A DNA stretch of 64,000 nt. It comes from Nymphaea colorata (Eukaryota). Positions 1 to 13,968 of the stretch are shown here, in pieces. The translations under genes and the position numbers were made by a program. The notes beneath the pieces are model-generated. The model had not been told where the DNA came from. It did no database searches and was given only the letters and a program-made list of their open reading frames with translations. The stretch covers positions 28,086,001 to 28,150,000 of the forward strand of contig NC_045138.2 in assembly GCF_008831285.2 (NCBI RefSeq), read 5' to 3'. The number at the start of each line of letters is the position of its first letter. The first letter of the stretch is position 1.

Positions 1-1609
1 TTGATTAATTTATTCAAAGAAAACCACAAGTGTTCTCCGAGCAATCACCTACTCATCCTCTAATTCATCCTTTACAATATACAGGAATTTTAACAAGCTC
101 AACTAACACCCTTCAAGAGTTTATATGACAAGATTTACTACTATTTGTGACGCAACGCTTTTGATTAATGTCTAGTATATCCACTGAACATGAGGCAATT
201 GAGTTCATGACTTTCTTGGCCGTGAAGAAATTTGAATGGGGAGCTTTTCTCACCTGATGTTGATGCTACAGGACTAACACCCATGAGCAAGTCCAAGCAA
301 TCAAACACACCCAGGGAGCACAATCCTTGGCGCAAGAATTACAGAAAAAGGGAGACAAGATTGACTCAGGTAAAGAGAGATATAGGTGAAGGATGAAAGG
401 TAGGGATAAAGACTGCACTTTCATGGAAAGTTTTGCCAGTCTTTGTCATGAGAGACGTCACCTTCTCTTATTTTATTCTATTTTAGGTCACGTTTTCCTC
501 GCTTCAGATCTATCTCACATGTATGGATTTTAGGCAAAAAGTAAATTCTTCTGTTTAAATGACACTGGGGCCGAATTTATAAATTGATTTGAAGAATCCT
601 TCTCTTTTCTAAGTAAAACACACAGACACCTATCAACTAAAGGATCATGCATCCATATATTGTAATAATATATAAGAGTAGGGCTAACCTTCATTTTCCT
701 TAAAAGGCTTCTTTTTAAAAGGTGGAAGCGAAACAAAAATTTCTCTTTTTTCTAAAATTGCCCATGGGGTGCTGCAATTTTACATGAAAAGTACGCCTGA
801 ATTTAAAATTTCTTGAGGGGCATGAAAATCCAAGAGAGATAGAGGGAGAGATCGTTCACCAACCAGTTTATTAGTTACTGTTGCTTTCAGAAATTAGGTG
901 CTATGCGTTAGCTGGGCAAACTGTAAAATTAGGTCAACTCAATACTTTTGTTGGTACTTGCATGAATATTTTACTTTTTACCTCACTTTTTGTTTGCGTG
1001 CATTTCAGTAGTTCTTGACTGGATGGTTGATTAGGTCTAAGGAGACATGAATGCCCTAAAATATTGCATGAAAGCGCTACACCAACATTGGAAACATACA
1101 ATAAGAATGTGAATATCACTTTTAAGAACTATAAAAATATTTTTTGGCCAGGGTTGAAGGAGAAAACACACTTTAGAGAGAGAGATTTGTACCAACAATT
1201 CTTCCAAAGGTAGCTGTGTATGGCTTTACCGTTACTGTTAGGTGAATGAAATGGTCAATGGTTCAACCTACCAATACCATCAAACCACTTTATTTTTCAA
1301 TTTTTGTTATGTTTTTCTCTTCTTCTTCTTCTTCTCTTTTTTCGAACTTTATCCTGTTTTTTCCTTTTTCATTTTTTTGGGTGGGAAGGTTGAGTAGTTT
1401 GTTCAACATATTTTACCCCGTTTCTAGACAGAACTTCTCCCATATCTAATCGATTATCTAATACTATTTACAACCAAGCACCGTGAGGAGATTCTCACGT
1501 CTACACTTTGAAAAGGTCAATTTGGTCCCCATCTTTCCTTGATGAAGAAGCAATGGAACCACTCAAAAAGGATTGGTTTGTCTTTTATAAATTAAAAAAA
1601 AAAAGCTTA

Positions 1610-1612
<3 letters not shown>

Positions 1613-1688
<76 letters not shown>
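1613..1688. repeat. (TA)n microsatellite
   Basis: Read directly from the sequence. Confidence 0.98.
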
Positions 1689-1691
<3 letters not shown>

Positions 1692-2341
1692 TTTATTGTG
1701 GTCCTCATCTAAGAAGACAACCAAATAAATGTATTTACCTAAGCGGTTCAGGGCGTGCGCTTGCATCCTGTGTTAAAAGCCCAAGATGACTCAGCTGAGG
1801 GCTGCAATCTTAGGAAGCGTGTTAAATTCAACATTGAACGTGCAAATTATGATAAGGTCTAAGAGGTTAGGCAACGCTTATCGGAACAACAGCTGGTAGG
1901 ATGTCAGGATGTGAGCTTTCCGTTCAATTTATTCAAGCAGGCGACAAAATCTCTCAGTCGACGACTGGTAGGAAAAAACAAAATGAACTATTACCCAATA
2001 AAATTCCAAACATATTAAATTATTCAGTACTATTCTCAGTAGGCCAGTAAATTAAGATCAGAAAACCTGATGAAACATCATCATGTTGAGAGATTAGTTC
2101 AACGTTTAAATCCTTCAGAAACTGGTCGCAATTTTCAGAAAAGGGGAAACAAATTGTGAAAATGATCGACAGGCAAGAGACATGAAAGGTCCTCAAGTTG
2201 ATCATCAACTGAGCGGAAAACAGTAACCTTCACCCAAGTGAAATTACTTAATCTCTCAAGAACTAAGAAGAACAAGCAGCAGAAAAGGCTCACGATTAAG
2301 AACTGCTAACCAATTAGAGAAGAAGAATGATAGAAACTCAC

Positions 2342-2767
2342 GATATCAGCAACGGAGTCGAGGATTCCGGAACCACCGGAAGCGTAATTGAGGCCGTTGA
2401 GGATGCGCTCCCCCTTGGACAGAGGGTCCTTTGCGGCAGGCAGGAAGGCAGGGAGGTTGAGCAGCTGCGCCATGACATCTGCTGGGTTCATTCCGTTGGT
2501 GAGCCTCCCAGTAGGACCCTCTGCAAAATCCACCCCATAAGGCAGAAAGTCGAACTTGGCTTCTGGGTTCGGGAGGAAGACGTTGTTCCCATTGTCCACC
2601 ATCGAGTCCCCGAAGACGAACAGGGGCGCCGCGTTCTTCTTCTTTTCTGCTGAGCGGAAAACAACTCTGGTAGAGCCTGAAGAAGGAAGGAAGAAGAGGA
2701 GGTAGAGGGTGGAGACGAGGACGATGGAGAAGAAATGAAAGGGAGAAGAAGGGAAATGTGTCGGCAT
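2342..2767 (-). CDS. GDSL esterase/lipase 'GDSL-1', first exon only. The rest of the gene was not found in the window and is probably beyond position 1.
   Basis: Hydrophobic signal-like N-terminus, block I FVFGDSMVDNGNN, PYGVDF..GPTGRLTNG and block II GLNYASGGSG, followed by a GTGAGT donor (2336-2341). The ATG at 2767 is preferred, with an in-frame ATG at 2824 as an alternative. Confidence 0.8.
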
Positions 2768-2929
2768 CTTCTCCCTGTCCACGACCAGAGGATGACGGGT
2801 TACGGTCGACAGGTCGAGCGGCATTTTATTTTGTCGGAAGATATCGCCCTGTCATTTTTTGCATATTTGACCTGCTTTTTGCAATTTTTTATTTCTTTCT
2901 GCAGTTAACCGTAGATAACAACCCGTGCC

Positions 2930-3117
2930 CGCTAGAGTCGACCCCGAACACAGTCCCTCGAGTCCAGTTCGAGTTAAGCTGTGAAGCTCGACACAATCCC
3001 TCGAGTCCAGTTCGAGTTGAAGTTGTGAAGCTCGTGTTGAGCTCGAGTCAAGCTCTGACTAAACATGAGATGAGCCGAGCTCGAGCTCGAGCTCGACTCG
3101 GCTCATATGCAGCCCTA
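2930..3117. mobile_element. Truncated GAGCTCGAG-rich hAT-like MITE upstream of GDSL-1
   Basis: Dense CTCGAG/GAGCTC repeats ending in TGCAGCCCTA, the same terminus as 48229-48238. A further remnant lies at ~3705-3790. Confidence 0.7.
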
Positions 3118-3164
3118 CGCGAGAGTGGGTCTATGTGCGGTGAGGTGTGACAACCTCGTTATAG

Positions 3165-3336
3165 CATGGGCGGGGCTAGGGGGTGGTGCCCTTCAAAAAA
3201 AATTTAAAAAAAAAAATTACATGTATATTTAAAAAATTTTATTTTTTTATATAAAAATTTTGAAAATGGTATTTAGGCTCTTTGTCAAAAAACTTTAATT
3301 CTACCCTTTCAGAAAAATTTTCTGGTGTTCGTCCTG
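3165..3336. mobile_element. Degenerate MITE related to 23338-23533
   Basis: GGGCGGGGCTAGG start, A/T-tract interior and TTCGTCCTG end. No clean TSD. Confidence 0.5.
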
Positions 3337-4721
3337 TTATCAAGATCCGACCCTCACTAGAAACACTAAACCTTTTGCAGGAAACCTTGTTCTTCTTCAG
3401 CCATTCCTATCCCCATCTTCCCTGCCATAATCCTTGATCCAAAGTGTTGTCATCATCTTCATCATCTTCCATAATCGCCATATCGAGCAGCAAGTCGTAA
3501 AAGAAATGGGCTTCTCTTAGTCAGTCATCCTTATATTCATCTTTTCTCCCGAGCGGAAATAGAATTTTTCTTTTAAAAGAGCCGAATAGGTCAAAGCATC
3601 AAGCAATTACAGGTGCCAACTATGTTTTTTTCAAATTTTTATAGGAGTCAAAACTAAAATTCTGAAAATTTTAACTGGTAAAACTTTATCTTTCAAAATC
3701 CTAAAAAAGTTCGAGCTCAATGCTGCATCAGCTCGAGCCTGTTCTATAGAGCTGGACTTTTTGAGTTGACTCGGCTCATGTGCAGCTCTAATTACTCAGT
3801 TGCTCTTTCCTGACTACAAGCCATTGTATTTCATCAAACCCGATCTTAGATAACAATGCCACCAAAGAAACCAACTTTCAACAGCCGCACTTAGAGGGCC
3901 CCTTATCGAAGTGGTGGAGTTTTCTCTATACACTTTTTAGCTTTCTCCTTTTCATTTTCTTCGTAAATGAAGCTACTCTCTAATGTTGAAAAAAACATTC
4001 TTGTCTCAGAACGTATCCTGCCCGGTACGTGGCTGATAGAGGTTCATATATTATTACATTTTAATCAATTAAAATTATTAAAATTATTTTTGGAATTCGA
4101 AAAATAAGAAGGTGATCATACAAGCCGACATGTAATACTATACCGTTTTTGCTCACAATTGAAAGCATGAGCTCTATATGGTGTCTTTGAAACCAATGAA
4201 CAGAACAAGTAAAACTGACAAACAAAGCATTCATATTATGAAAAAGTGGACACTATAGGCTGCACATGACACAAACATTACATAGAACAGAAATAACAGA
4301 AATCAAACACCGAACATAACGGACGAGACAAACATCACAAAAACAAGTTGTGAGAAGAAAATTCCAGGGCAACCCCAGCATCAGTTCTCCGGAAGGATAG
4401 GTCGTGAGAAGAAAATTTTTTATGTGGTTCGTTAGGCAAGGGGCAAGAATAGGTCACAGTCACTAGATAATAAGAAAAAAGGTCAAGTAGCAAAAAAGCT
4501 AATTGAATATGCATTGTTCTTTTATTCTTGTATTCGATTAGGATTGGTGACTTCACGCCGATCCGTATCAGCTTCTCAACAACGAACCTAGCCCTACTTT
4601 AGCTTACATAAAATATAACTCCAATTAAACGATATGTGGCATTTCATATTTAAGTAATGAATATGGATTTATTTTTAGCAGATTATATCATCAAGCTTTG
4701 GAATCACATCTTAATACGGAG

Positions 4722-7030
4722 CCACAGCCAGGCATCTCCTCCATGAAGTCATCGAGGGAAGCATTCAAGTGGTTATTGAACAGAAGCATAGCACCATTCA
4801 TCTCAGTCATACATTCACAGTGATTTTCACTCTGGAAAAAGGGTTGCAGCCATGTGGATGGAGATTATGCAAAACAAATATTCGAGCTCCGGCAACGTAC
4901 AGTTTCTGTGGAAAACAAGTTCTTCAAATTAGTTGCTCTTATACTATTACGCATTTGGGCAGGGTTTAAAAGTATCAACAAATGAATAAGTTGCCCATTA
5001 ACCGAACATGCGCTGCTGATAATCTGCTTCATATTCTAGCGATGGCTTACTTTTCTCCAGTTCCTATCAATATCAACGGAAAACAACCAGAAAAAATTTA
5101 TTGGAGGGACCACAAAATTTGGTTTTCCTACCATCGGAAGCCCTTATGGGGTGAGTAACTTCGTCTTTGTGTTTTTTTTCATCTTTTTCATAACATTTGG
5201 ATCATTTTAATCAACATAAGGAGAATTTCAGGGTCGATATGCAAAAAACGACTCGACCGGTGTGGAAAACTTACACTCTTAAGTTGTGTTTGATACCTCG
5301 GATCTTAAATCTGGTCTTCAAAAAAAGGTGTTTGGGAGAATGCTACATGTTAAGATCCATGGATTTAAGGTCGGATGGAGGAAGGTTCAATACTTCAATC
5401 TTAAATCATGAATATGAGATTCTAGGGATCTCAATCACTGTGGATCTAAGATCCGCGGTGAAATAAATGCAACATTTATGTATTGTCATCTCAGCAATGG
5501 AGTTGGCGCTGTTTAGAAAATTCGGCCATAAAATATCTGAAGCAAAGGGAAGGACCAGAAAGGAAGGATAAGCAGAGATGATTCGTTCGCATACCACTTG
5601 CTTTTGCCATGCCAGGCATGAGACATGGCATTGGTGGGAGAAAGAGATTTCGGTTAACTTTCCATCATTACTAAATAACCCATAAGTGAATGTTTTAATA
5701 AGCAATATGTTCATACTGTTTGCAAATGTGCAGGTTAATTACCATCGGTTGCAGCATGTAAAGAAAAAACATAGAATTGTTCCATGTAAATCAAACTTAT
5801 TCTAATTGTAGGCTCAATCTCTTATTAACGGGCATAAAGTAGGTGGCCCAACTGACTATCCAGCCAATGAGAACCCTGTTACTAGTTCCATTTGTGTGGA
5901 TGTTTTGCTCTTGGGTCAATAGGATGAGGTGTCGTGCCGACCTAAAGAGAGCATATCTCAGCTCCTCATTCCTTGTGGGAAACTCTTACATAATTTGTGA
6001 ATATTCCAGCATACAAACTGTTGATGTGTTGAAACGATGGGGTTTCCCTATACTCATCAAGTCTGAACTTTGTTGCAGTAAGTCTGATTTCCGCCGAACG
6101 GGAAGTGATTGTTAAAAAAAAAATGGACATTAAAGGATTATAAGAGGGCCCTCATCATGGGTGCTGGTGTAGGTACCAACCAGTATGAGGGAGGGTGTAG
6201 GGTCCTTTCAAAAAACTTGGGTGCTAGGACATGACCGTAATCACACACGCGTATAAGAATTTAACGGCATTAAAATCCAAGTAGATTAAAGATGAGAAGT
6301 ATGTAAACACAATAGCAAGAGGAAAGCAACATGTCAAAGTGTTGAAGATGTTGGGAAAACAAGCAAAAACCAGCATAGATGCACAGTATTTTTATTAAAA
6401 AAAACATAAAATTCGACGATTTTGGACTCGATCAAGTTCAGAATTGAGCGGATTCAACAAGGTCAACCCCTCCTCTTTTTGTTTTGTTTCTGCTCAGGTT
6501 TCTATTCTTCGTGTCATTTGTTCTTGGTTTCTTTGCTAATCTTTCTCTTCTTCTTCTCACCGTTGATTGGTGAAACCTTGTCACCACAATTTGTTTTGAA
6601 TGAATTTCCATTTTGTCCGCTCTCTATCTCTTTCATTTTCTCACTCATATGACAGCGGCGATTAAAGAAATCTGAAATTCACTTATATCGGTTTTGTTAA
6701 AAATATGTTTTAAAATGTGTAGGAAGACAAACATGCACCTCCTAAAAGTTGCGAAAAAAGATTAATAGTCCCCTGAACTCTTTTTCTGGCTGCAGGTTTT
6801 TGTAGCTCAAGTCGGAAGGAATAGTTCCCAATAAGGACGCGAGTGAGTTCTTCATGAATACATGGTCTGTCATCTGAGTCGAAGCAAGTGTAGAGGTTGT
6901 CATTGCCGTCAATGACGAACATGAAGATGGCGTGAGACATGAAATATGAAGTCTCGTTGAGCTCAGCCTCCACCTCACGTCCAGGAAGTTCTCCACTTGG
7001 TGGCTCAACAGTATGATGTGTTCCTGTAAT
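4722..7030 (-). pseudogene. GDSL pseudogene fragment psi-a (remnants of exons 2 and 3)
   Basis: About 6805-7030 encodes frameshifted HII.LSHQVENFL/ELNETSYFMSHAIFMFVIDGND...LIGNYS. 4722-4905 encodes KLYVAGARIFVLHNLHPHGCNP followed by a frameshift and truncation. No exon 1 or exon 4 nearby. Confidence 0.85.
4990..6110 (+). mobile_element. Degraded L1-clade LINE 3' fragment with a nested MITE remnant (~5280-5470)
   Basis: IQTVDVLKRWGFPILIKSELCC resembles the zf-RVT region. A related fragment lies at 34820-34990. Absent from the paralogous intron of psi-b. Confidence 0.55.
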
Positions 7031-7321
7031 TCATTCTATCACATGCCAGTGAAGAAACTGCCTTTTGTTTCAGAACCATAACATCAGAGACTTGAAATAA
7101 CAGCAATAGAGAATAACAATAACAATAGCAACGATGATAGTCGCTTTGAAGTTGAAGAAGCTTGTACAAGCTTGACTAGGTGAATTGATGTAAAGCATTT
7201 GAGATGAGTGGGACGAAATCCTCGTGATGAGGCTAAAACTTGGGATGGAATCATATATACTGAGAGGAAATACCATACATGCCCAAATCTTCAAATCAAT
7301 GGCGCCTCTCAGAGCTTCAAA

Positions 7322-7931
7322 GGCTCCTGTTTGATGTACAAGAAAAATCTTGTGCATCGGTTGAAAACTGTACAGGCGAGTGAACTTTCACCCGTTCACC
7401 TCACGACGAATCAAACACCGTGAAACTTCACTCGAAAAACTCCTACGATCGGGTGAAATTTCACACGAAAAAAAGTCCGACCTGTTGAGGTCAGGCTTTT
7501 TCGCGGAGAAAAAATTGAGAGCCCTTCACCTCTTTTCCCCGTCGACGCCCTTCTTCCCCTCTCTCACTGCGTCTCCTCCTCTCTCGTTGTGTCTCCTTTT
7601 CTCTCGCTCTTTTGTTCCTCACATTTGTTGTTGCACAACTCTCTCCTCTCTCGCTGCATCTCTTCCTCTATCATTGTGTCTCCCCTCTCTCACTGCATCT
7701 CCTCCTATCTTGCTCTTTTGTTCCTCTCCTCTCGCTGCACAACAACTTCTAACTGTCAAGAAAAAAATCTCTCATATTTTTTTATCATGTGCACCAAATA
7801 TAGTTAATTTTACCCTGCAATCAAAGAGGGCCTCAAATCAAAAGATAGTAAAATTTCATCCTATATATTTTCTAAACATTTTTTTTCATGATAAATTTAC
7901 CATGTTAAATTCTTCCTCTTCAAACAGGACC
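7322..7931. mobile_element. Tourist/PIF-Harbinger-like MITE
   Basis: Termini GGCTCCTGTTTGA / TCAAACAGGACC followed by TAA. It replaces about 90 bp that are present in the paralogs at ~20090-20180 and ~35065-35155. Confidence 0.72.
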
Positions 7932-8133
7932 TAAAGAATTAATGCACCTGACCTTTTTGTCATTTGTTCTATGGTTTCCATGTCATAGAAATCACTTGCT
8001 CCCTGTAAAGCTGTTTATTGACTGTGTACTGGAAAAGAGTAAGGGTAGAAGCTAACGATGCCACACTCGTTCCGTTTTATTAAATCCCACAACAACAAAT
8101 TAAAACCTTTCATTTAGTTGTCTGGTTATGTGG

Positions 8134-8263
<130 letters not shown>

Positions 8264-10829
8264 GAAATATTTAAATGCAGACTCTAACTCTTTAGGGTCA
8301 CCCAACTCATTCATAATGGTGTTTTGATCCTTTGTCATATGGTTATGAGAAAAACAAGAGAAAAAAAGTGAACATCAAATAATGATTCTGACTCTTTGGG
8401 GTCACCCTGCTCACTCGTAAGGGTATTTTGATAGAAACTGATTGAGAGTAGTGCGCCAGCAACTTGCAGGCTACCTGGTTAGCAACTTAGCATACTCCAA
8501 AGTCCAAACGTTTAATTGAAGCCTAACATCTCGATTGGTCAACAGATATAATGTAGCAGATCAGGCTTAGTGATCCTCCTTTCTAGGCGTTCACGTCCTT
8601 CTACTGGCCAAAGTTGGAAGCAGGTTATGTGTTCGGGCCCGAACACAACAACGAAAATGTATGTGTTTGGAAGTAATGACTATTCTAAAATATATTAATA
8701 TATAATCATCTTTTCTTGTTCACTAACAATTAAGCTCGTGGTTATGTAATTGATACTTTCTTTCCACATAAACATATTGATCAGACTGGAATTTTTAATC
8801 TGGGTTTCAAATGTTGGTGTTTGGAAGCAAAATAACTGCAAATCGCATTCCCAGATCATGATCGCCATCTCTACCCCTAGCTGACTTCTCGGAGTCTTAA
8901 AGGGGAAAAAAATGTTAGTCCACTCCTTTTGCTATAAAAGCAGGAGAAGAGGGTGAATTTACTTGTGATGGAATTATACCATGTTTGAAATGATATATAG
9001 GGACAGATAATCCAAGTGATGAATGTCTCGTCCACAAAAAAATGGTCGAAAAGGGAGGATAAATATTGTCATAAGATTGGACGCGTTTTTCCTGCACACG
9101 GCAGGTTAAATGTTTCAAAGAAAAAAACCCAGATCTACTGCCCATGCATATCGCACTGGCCCCTTGTCTATGCAGGTTCTTATATAATTTATAATTTTTA
9201 TTTTGAAAAAATAATTTAAAATCCAACAAATAAAAAAAATAAGGCAAATGTAGTTTTCAGTGACCAGCCTTGGCATTCATCGGCAACATATTGTTTAGAT
9301 GCTTCATAATCTTCATAACAATGGCATCCTCGTAGAATATGTATCTCTTTTTTTACTAGCGCATGCTCATGTCCTAAAGTTATTTAGATGCTTATCCATG
9401 TCAGAGTTGTCTTCATTTGTATAACTTTACTCAAATTCAGGAGACAAACTCATAAGTAGTCTCAATCTGCCCCTTTGTCTCATCAAAAGCTCCTTTCTTT
9501 GAGGGGAGGTCATTTGCAGTGTTAGAGTCAATAATATGGCCTTGCAGACTCCTTGTGTTCTTAACTAAACAGTCCTCCTCACCTTGAATCATCACGTTAA
9601 AATTCTCACTAGTTTCCAAATATAAAGGGACCGGATTGTTGAATTTGGGTAGATTGGGACGTCCGACCTCCGATATCATCTCTCTCTGGCCTCTTCCCAA
9701 TCCTTGTTGAGTAGATCAAATACATTTCTGGCCAATATTTTTCGCCATCTTCACTTGTTTTCGTTCATCTTTCTTTTCTTCAGATGGACTAATGCATTCC
9801 TTCGTGCCATCGTTAAAGGATGTGAGCCACAATGCAAGTAGTATTTAATTTTTCCATGGTTTGTGCCAAGAGCCTTTTCTCATGAAGTTCCAACTCTACC
9901 TCAGCAACAAGAGTAAATCATACAGGAGCTTCAATCAGAACAAGGGCAAAACCTTTTGATGGAATGATCAAGTGCAAAAAACCATCCCATTGCATTTGGC
10001 TTCTAATAAATAAGTTATACTCTTAAAAGTCCTCTCCTTCCACTTTCTATGCTCATGTGGAGATATCTAGAAGTGCATTTACATCCAGATGAAACCAGAA
10101 GCAACTCACCTTCATCGGCTACCTTACCACCATCTGTTAGCCACCACAAACTTCCAGACTGAGAATGCAAAACCCCCTGCTACTACTCTTACAGTAATAT
10201 CCTGTTAGCCACCACAGGCTTCCAGACTGAGAATGCAAAACCCCCTGCTACTACTCTTACAAGTAATATCAGCATCTATATTCATCTGTATGCACATTTT
10301 CTACTCTTTGAAAAACTGCTCTTGGTGGGTATGGACAACCTTGGTCTAGCACTCCTTCTGCACCCCCATGCCCAAAGAAGTCATTTTGACCAGGCTAAAT
10401 TTGATGCCCCAGCTACACTCATGTCAACTTCTTTGATGTGTCTTATCACCAACAATGGCATGAAGCACACTATTACCAGTGAAGAGGAAAAGAAGGGAGA
10501 AACGAAGATACAGAAATAAGGTAGTGTTTGATGGCTAGAAAATTTAGAATTGGAAATATATTTCTGCAAATATATTTTCTGGAATAAAGGAATGAGAAAA
10601 ATCTTTCTGATTCACATTTTGATGTGTGTGTGATGACTGAGAAATATATTTCTAGAAATATATTTTTGTGTTTGATGATAAAGAGACAATATTTGTAGGG
10701 GTGTTTATAAAGAGTTTGAAAGCCAAAATTCAAAATTTGAATTTTTTTAATTTAACAAGATTTTCATGTGAATTCCATATTTTTGAATAATTTTTTTTTA
10801 AATAGGTTTTGACCAAGTGGGATTTATCA

Positions 10830-11565
10830 TTAAACATGCAAATACCCTTTTGGGGCGTGGCCAGGGCGGGATATTGCCCACCCAAAAGGGCCAAAGCCAC
10901 TCCCAAGAGGCACTTTTAGCTAAAAAAATGGGGCCTATTCCCGCAGGCCCCGACTCAGTGTGCCAGGCGCGCCGCGCGTGACGCACGAAGGCATGCCAGC
11001 ATGCGATTTTTTTAAAAACAAAATAAAATAAACAAAACAAATAAATAAATAAAAGGTTGTTCATATAAAAAGCATAAAATCCTTTTTTTATTTAAAATGT
11101 GTAAAAAATGATTTTTTTTTTTTTTTTTTTACAAATGGGTGGCCAACTCCGTTTTGAGTCTGTTGAAGCGTTATAGTGTGTGATTTAGGCTCAAAAACAC
11201 GTTTTGGCACAAGAATGAAACATAAACAAAGGAAAGGTCCATGCATGCACATGCAATGCTCATAGCATTAAATTTTGTAGTTTAGATTTCGGCTTTGGAA
11301 TTTTGAGTTTGAATTTCTCGATTTGGATCTAATTCAGACCTGAGAAATAGATTTTAGATTTCAATCTCATGTCTAAAGTAGGATTTTGAATTTTAAAGTT
11401 TGTGTTTTGGGTTCAAACATAAGTTTAGAAATTCATTTTTGATCGAATAGCTTTGGGTTTAGGATTGAACTTAAAGGTCAAAAAAATTTAAACCAAATAA
11501 CTGAAAATTTTGTTTGAGTAAAAATAAAATACAGTCTTTTTTTTTTCAAAAAAATTAGGGTGATA
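10830..11565. mobile_element. Truncated repeat, probably an LTR end, related to 33840-34725
   Basis: Both copies share GCTCAAAA..(A/G)TTTT, GCACRTGCA, degenerate TTTGGATCT repeats and the terminus TTT(C/G)AAAAAAATT(A/G)G(G/A)GTGAT. Confidence 0.55.
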
Positions 11566-11778
11566 AGAGCGGGCTGCTGAGAAAAACAAACACTACCGCC
11601 AACAAAATCCTTATCTCGGAAACCCACCTCCTCTCCCCTCAGTGGGAGCAATCATTAAGAAATAGTGATAAGAAAGAGTATTAATTGCATCAGGGGCTCC
11701 TTAAATTTGCACTAAAGATGCATTAGATGTAGCGACTAAGGATATTTATGTTGCTTCGAAGATTTGAAGTCCAAGGTC

Positions 11779-13968
11779 TTAACTAGCCGGCCGGAGCTCC
11801 TCTCGGCCGGAGATCGGGAGCCCCTCAATGTTCAAGCCCTCCACTGGACATAGGTTATACGGCATATTGTAGAGCGTGGAGTTGAAGGTGATGTTCGCAA
11901 GCGTCTTGACATTGATAGGGTGAACTTCGCTGCTCAGATTAGAAAGGTAAGCCCTTGTGGAGAGATAGTTGTACACCTTCTCTGTGAGGTGCGCCCTATC
12001 GTAGTAGAGGTAGATGCTCCTGTTCGGGAACGGGCTCCCGTCCTCTTCACATGTGATCCCTTCAGTGCCCTCCACATAGCAGCAAGACGCATTGATCACT
12101 TCTATTCCTGTCGAAATTCAACAAAAATATATAATATATGAAAGTGTATCTAGATGTCGCAATTTAATTGGATCTGAATTTGATTTTAGTATTTTAAATC
12201 ATGATCCAGTTTTGGAATCAAATCTGGATCCATTTAAGTGGGGGAAAATTTAATTGGGGAAAGTCTGATTATGATGGGCGTGCCCCGATCCAGAAAAGGA
12301 AGAGAGTAACGCACGTACCGAAGGAAGCAGGTTCGTCAATGACTTGGCTGATAATGTTGTAGGTGTTGACGTAGACGAATACAGAGCCAAGCATCTCCTC
12401 CATGAACTCATCCAGGGAAGCATTCAAATAGTTATTGAACATAACCACTGCATCGTTGTACTCCTTCACACATTCCCGTCATTTTGGATTCTGGAGCTAG
12501 GGTTGCAGCCACTTGGTTGGACATTGTACAGAACAAATTTCCGAGCTCCGGCGTTGTAAAGTTTCTATCAATAAATTTAAAAGAATCACTAGATAAGTAA
12601 TAATTTTTAAGTAATGTCCTCCCAAGTGGTTGCCCAGTTGAGCAGAGAGCAGAACAAATCTTGATCAGTTGCCGTTGATTCAAGTAAATGCTGGAAATTA
12701 AAAGACTAAATCACCCTTGAATTGTAAAAAAAAAAGTGAAAAGGATGAAGATACTCTGAAAAGAACCCAGACTTTTTTTTTTTTTTTTTGGTATCTGGGT
12801 GAGAATTAAGACACTAGTCAACAAAAATATTGCACACGCATCTTTTAGAATTCAGCGGGAAGATTGAACTAACTTTCCCCATCCACTAGTCCTTAAGCCG
12901 AAAAGAAATACCTTTTAAACAAAGAAAACGTGTGTGTGTGAGTACCTCAAGTTGGACGGTGTAGTTCCCAATAAGGATGCTAGTGAGTTCTTCAAAGTCA
13001 CATGATTCATCTGATGATCGGAAGCAAAGGTAGCTGTAATCGTCGCCGCCGATGAGGAACATCAAGATGGCGTGGGACATGAAACATCAAGTGTCGTTGA
13101 TTTCAGCCTCCAGCTCCGGCAGCGTCACTTTCAGGAAGCTCTCAACTTGGTCGCTCAGTGGTATGATATGCGACTGCGACATATAAATCATCCATCACAT
13201 GCCAATGAAACAACAGTTCTTCGCTATAACAACAATAATAAATAACTTCAATAGCAACACTGATTATCTATAAATGATGCAGGGCTCCTTTTGGCATCTT
13301 TCGTGCAGAGAAATCGCCCTAGAAGCTAGGTTCAGTCAGTTTGAATTGGTCGATAGACTCTAACCCATAAAATAAAAGGGGAGGGAACTCTATCTCTCAC
13401 CCAAGTAGTGAAACAAACGTCCCACCGACAGATGGAAACAGAATTTCATATAAATTCGGCAAAAAACAGTCCCTTCCCCTTTGTTTTATTTTTTTGAACC
13501 CACTTCCCAAGTGCGTAACGATTAAAAACAAAAGAGAAAAAGAGCGAAAAGTTTTAAACTCAAGGGTTAACATAATCTGCACTTACGGTCACCCCAGTAG
13601 TTTCAACTTTCAAGAATGCCAGCACCAGCAGATGCATAGTTAACGCCATGAAGGATGCGATCACCCTTATTCTGAGGGTTGTTGAACACGGGAAGGTAGT
13701 CGGGGATGCCCAAGTGCTCCGCCAGTATATCCGCCGCGTTCCTCCCATTTGAGAACCTCCCGGTTGGCCCCAGAGGGAAGTCCACCCCGTAGGGTGGGTA
13801 GTTCGACTTCAGATCACAATCCTCAATGTAGTTGTTGTTTCCGTTGTCCAGGAACGAGTCCCCAAACACGAAAAGAGCCCTCACTGCAGTCTGCTTGGCC
13901 TTCACTGGCTTCAGAAAGTCGATGACGTGAACCACGGAGAGAAGAAGGAGGTCGGGGACTGCCTTCAT
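11779..13968 (-). pseudogene. Full-length GDSL esterase/lipase pseudogene 'GDSL-2'
   Basis: Exons 13968-13587, 13173-12946, 12564-12319 and 12107-11779 are colinear with the intact paralogs. Three lesions: +7 bp at 13601-13613 giving a TGA, an in-frame TGA at 13087-13089, and a 1-bp deletion near 12475 (exon 3 is 246 nt versus 247). Confidence 0.92.

Noticed and set aside
1508..1789. ORFs with YIYIYI runs (also 8118-8338, 20262-20537, 61898-62159)
   Set aside because: Translations of (TA)n microsatellites.
1..2340. Downstream exons of GDSL-1
   Set aside because: No GxND, LY..GAR or DxxH exon was recognisable on the minus strand. The 2020-2208 ORF lacks GDSL motifs.
7380..7934. 184-aa ORF
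   Set aside because: Lies entirely within a MITE with CT-rich internal repeats.
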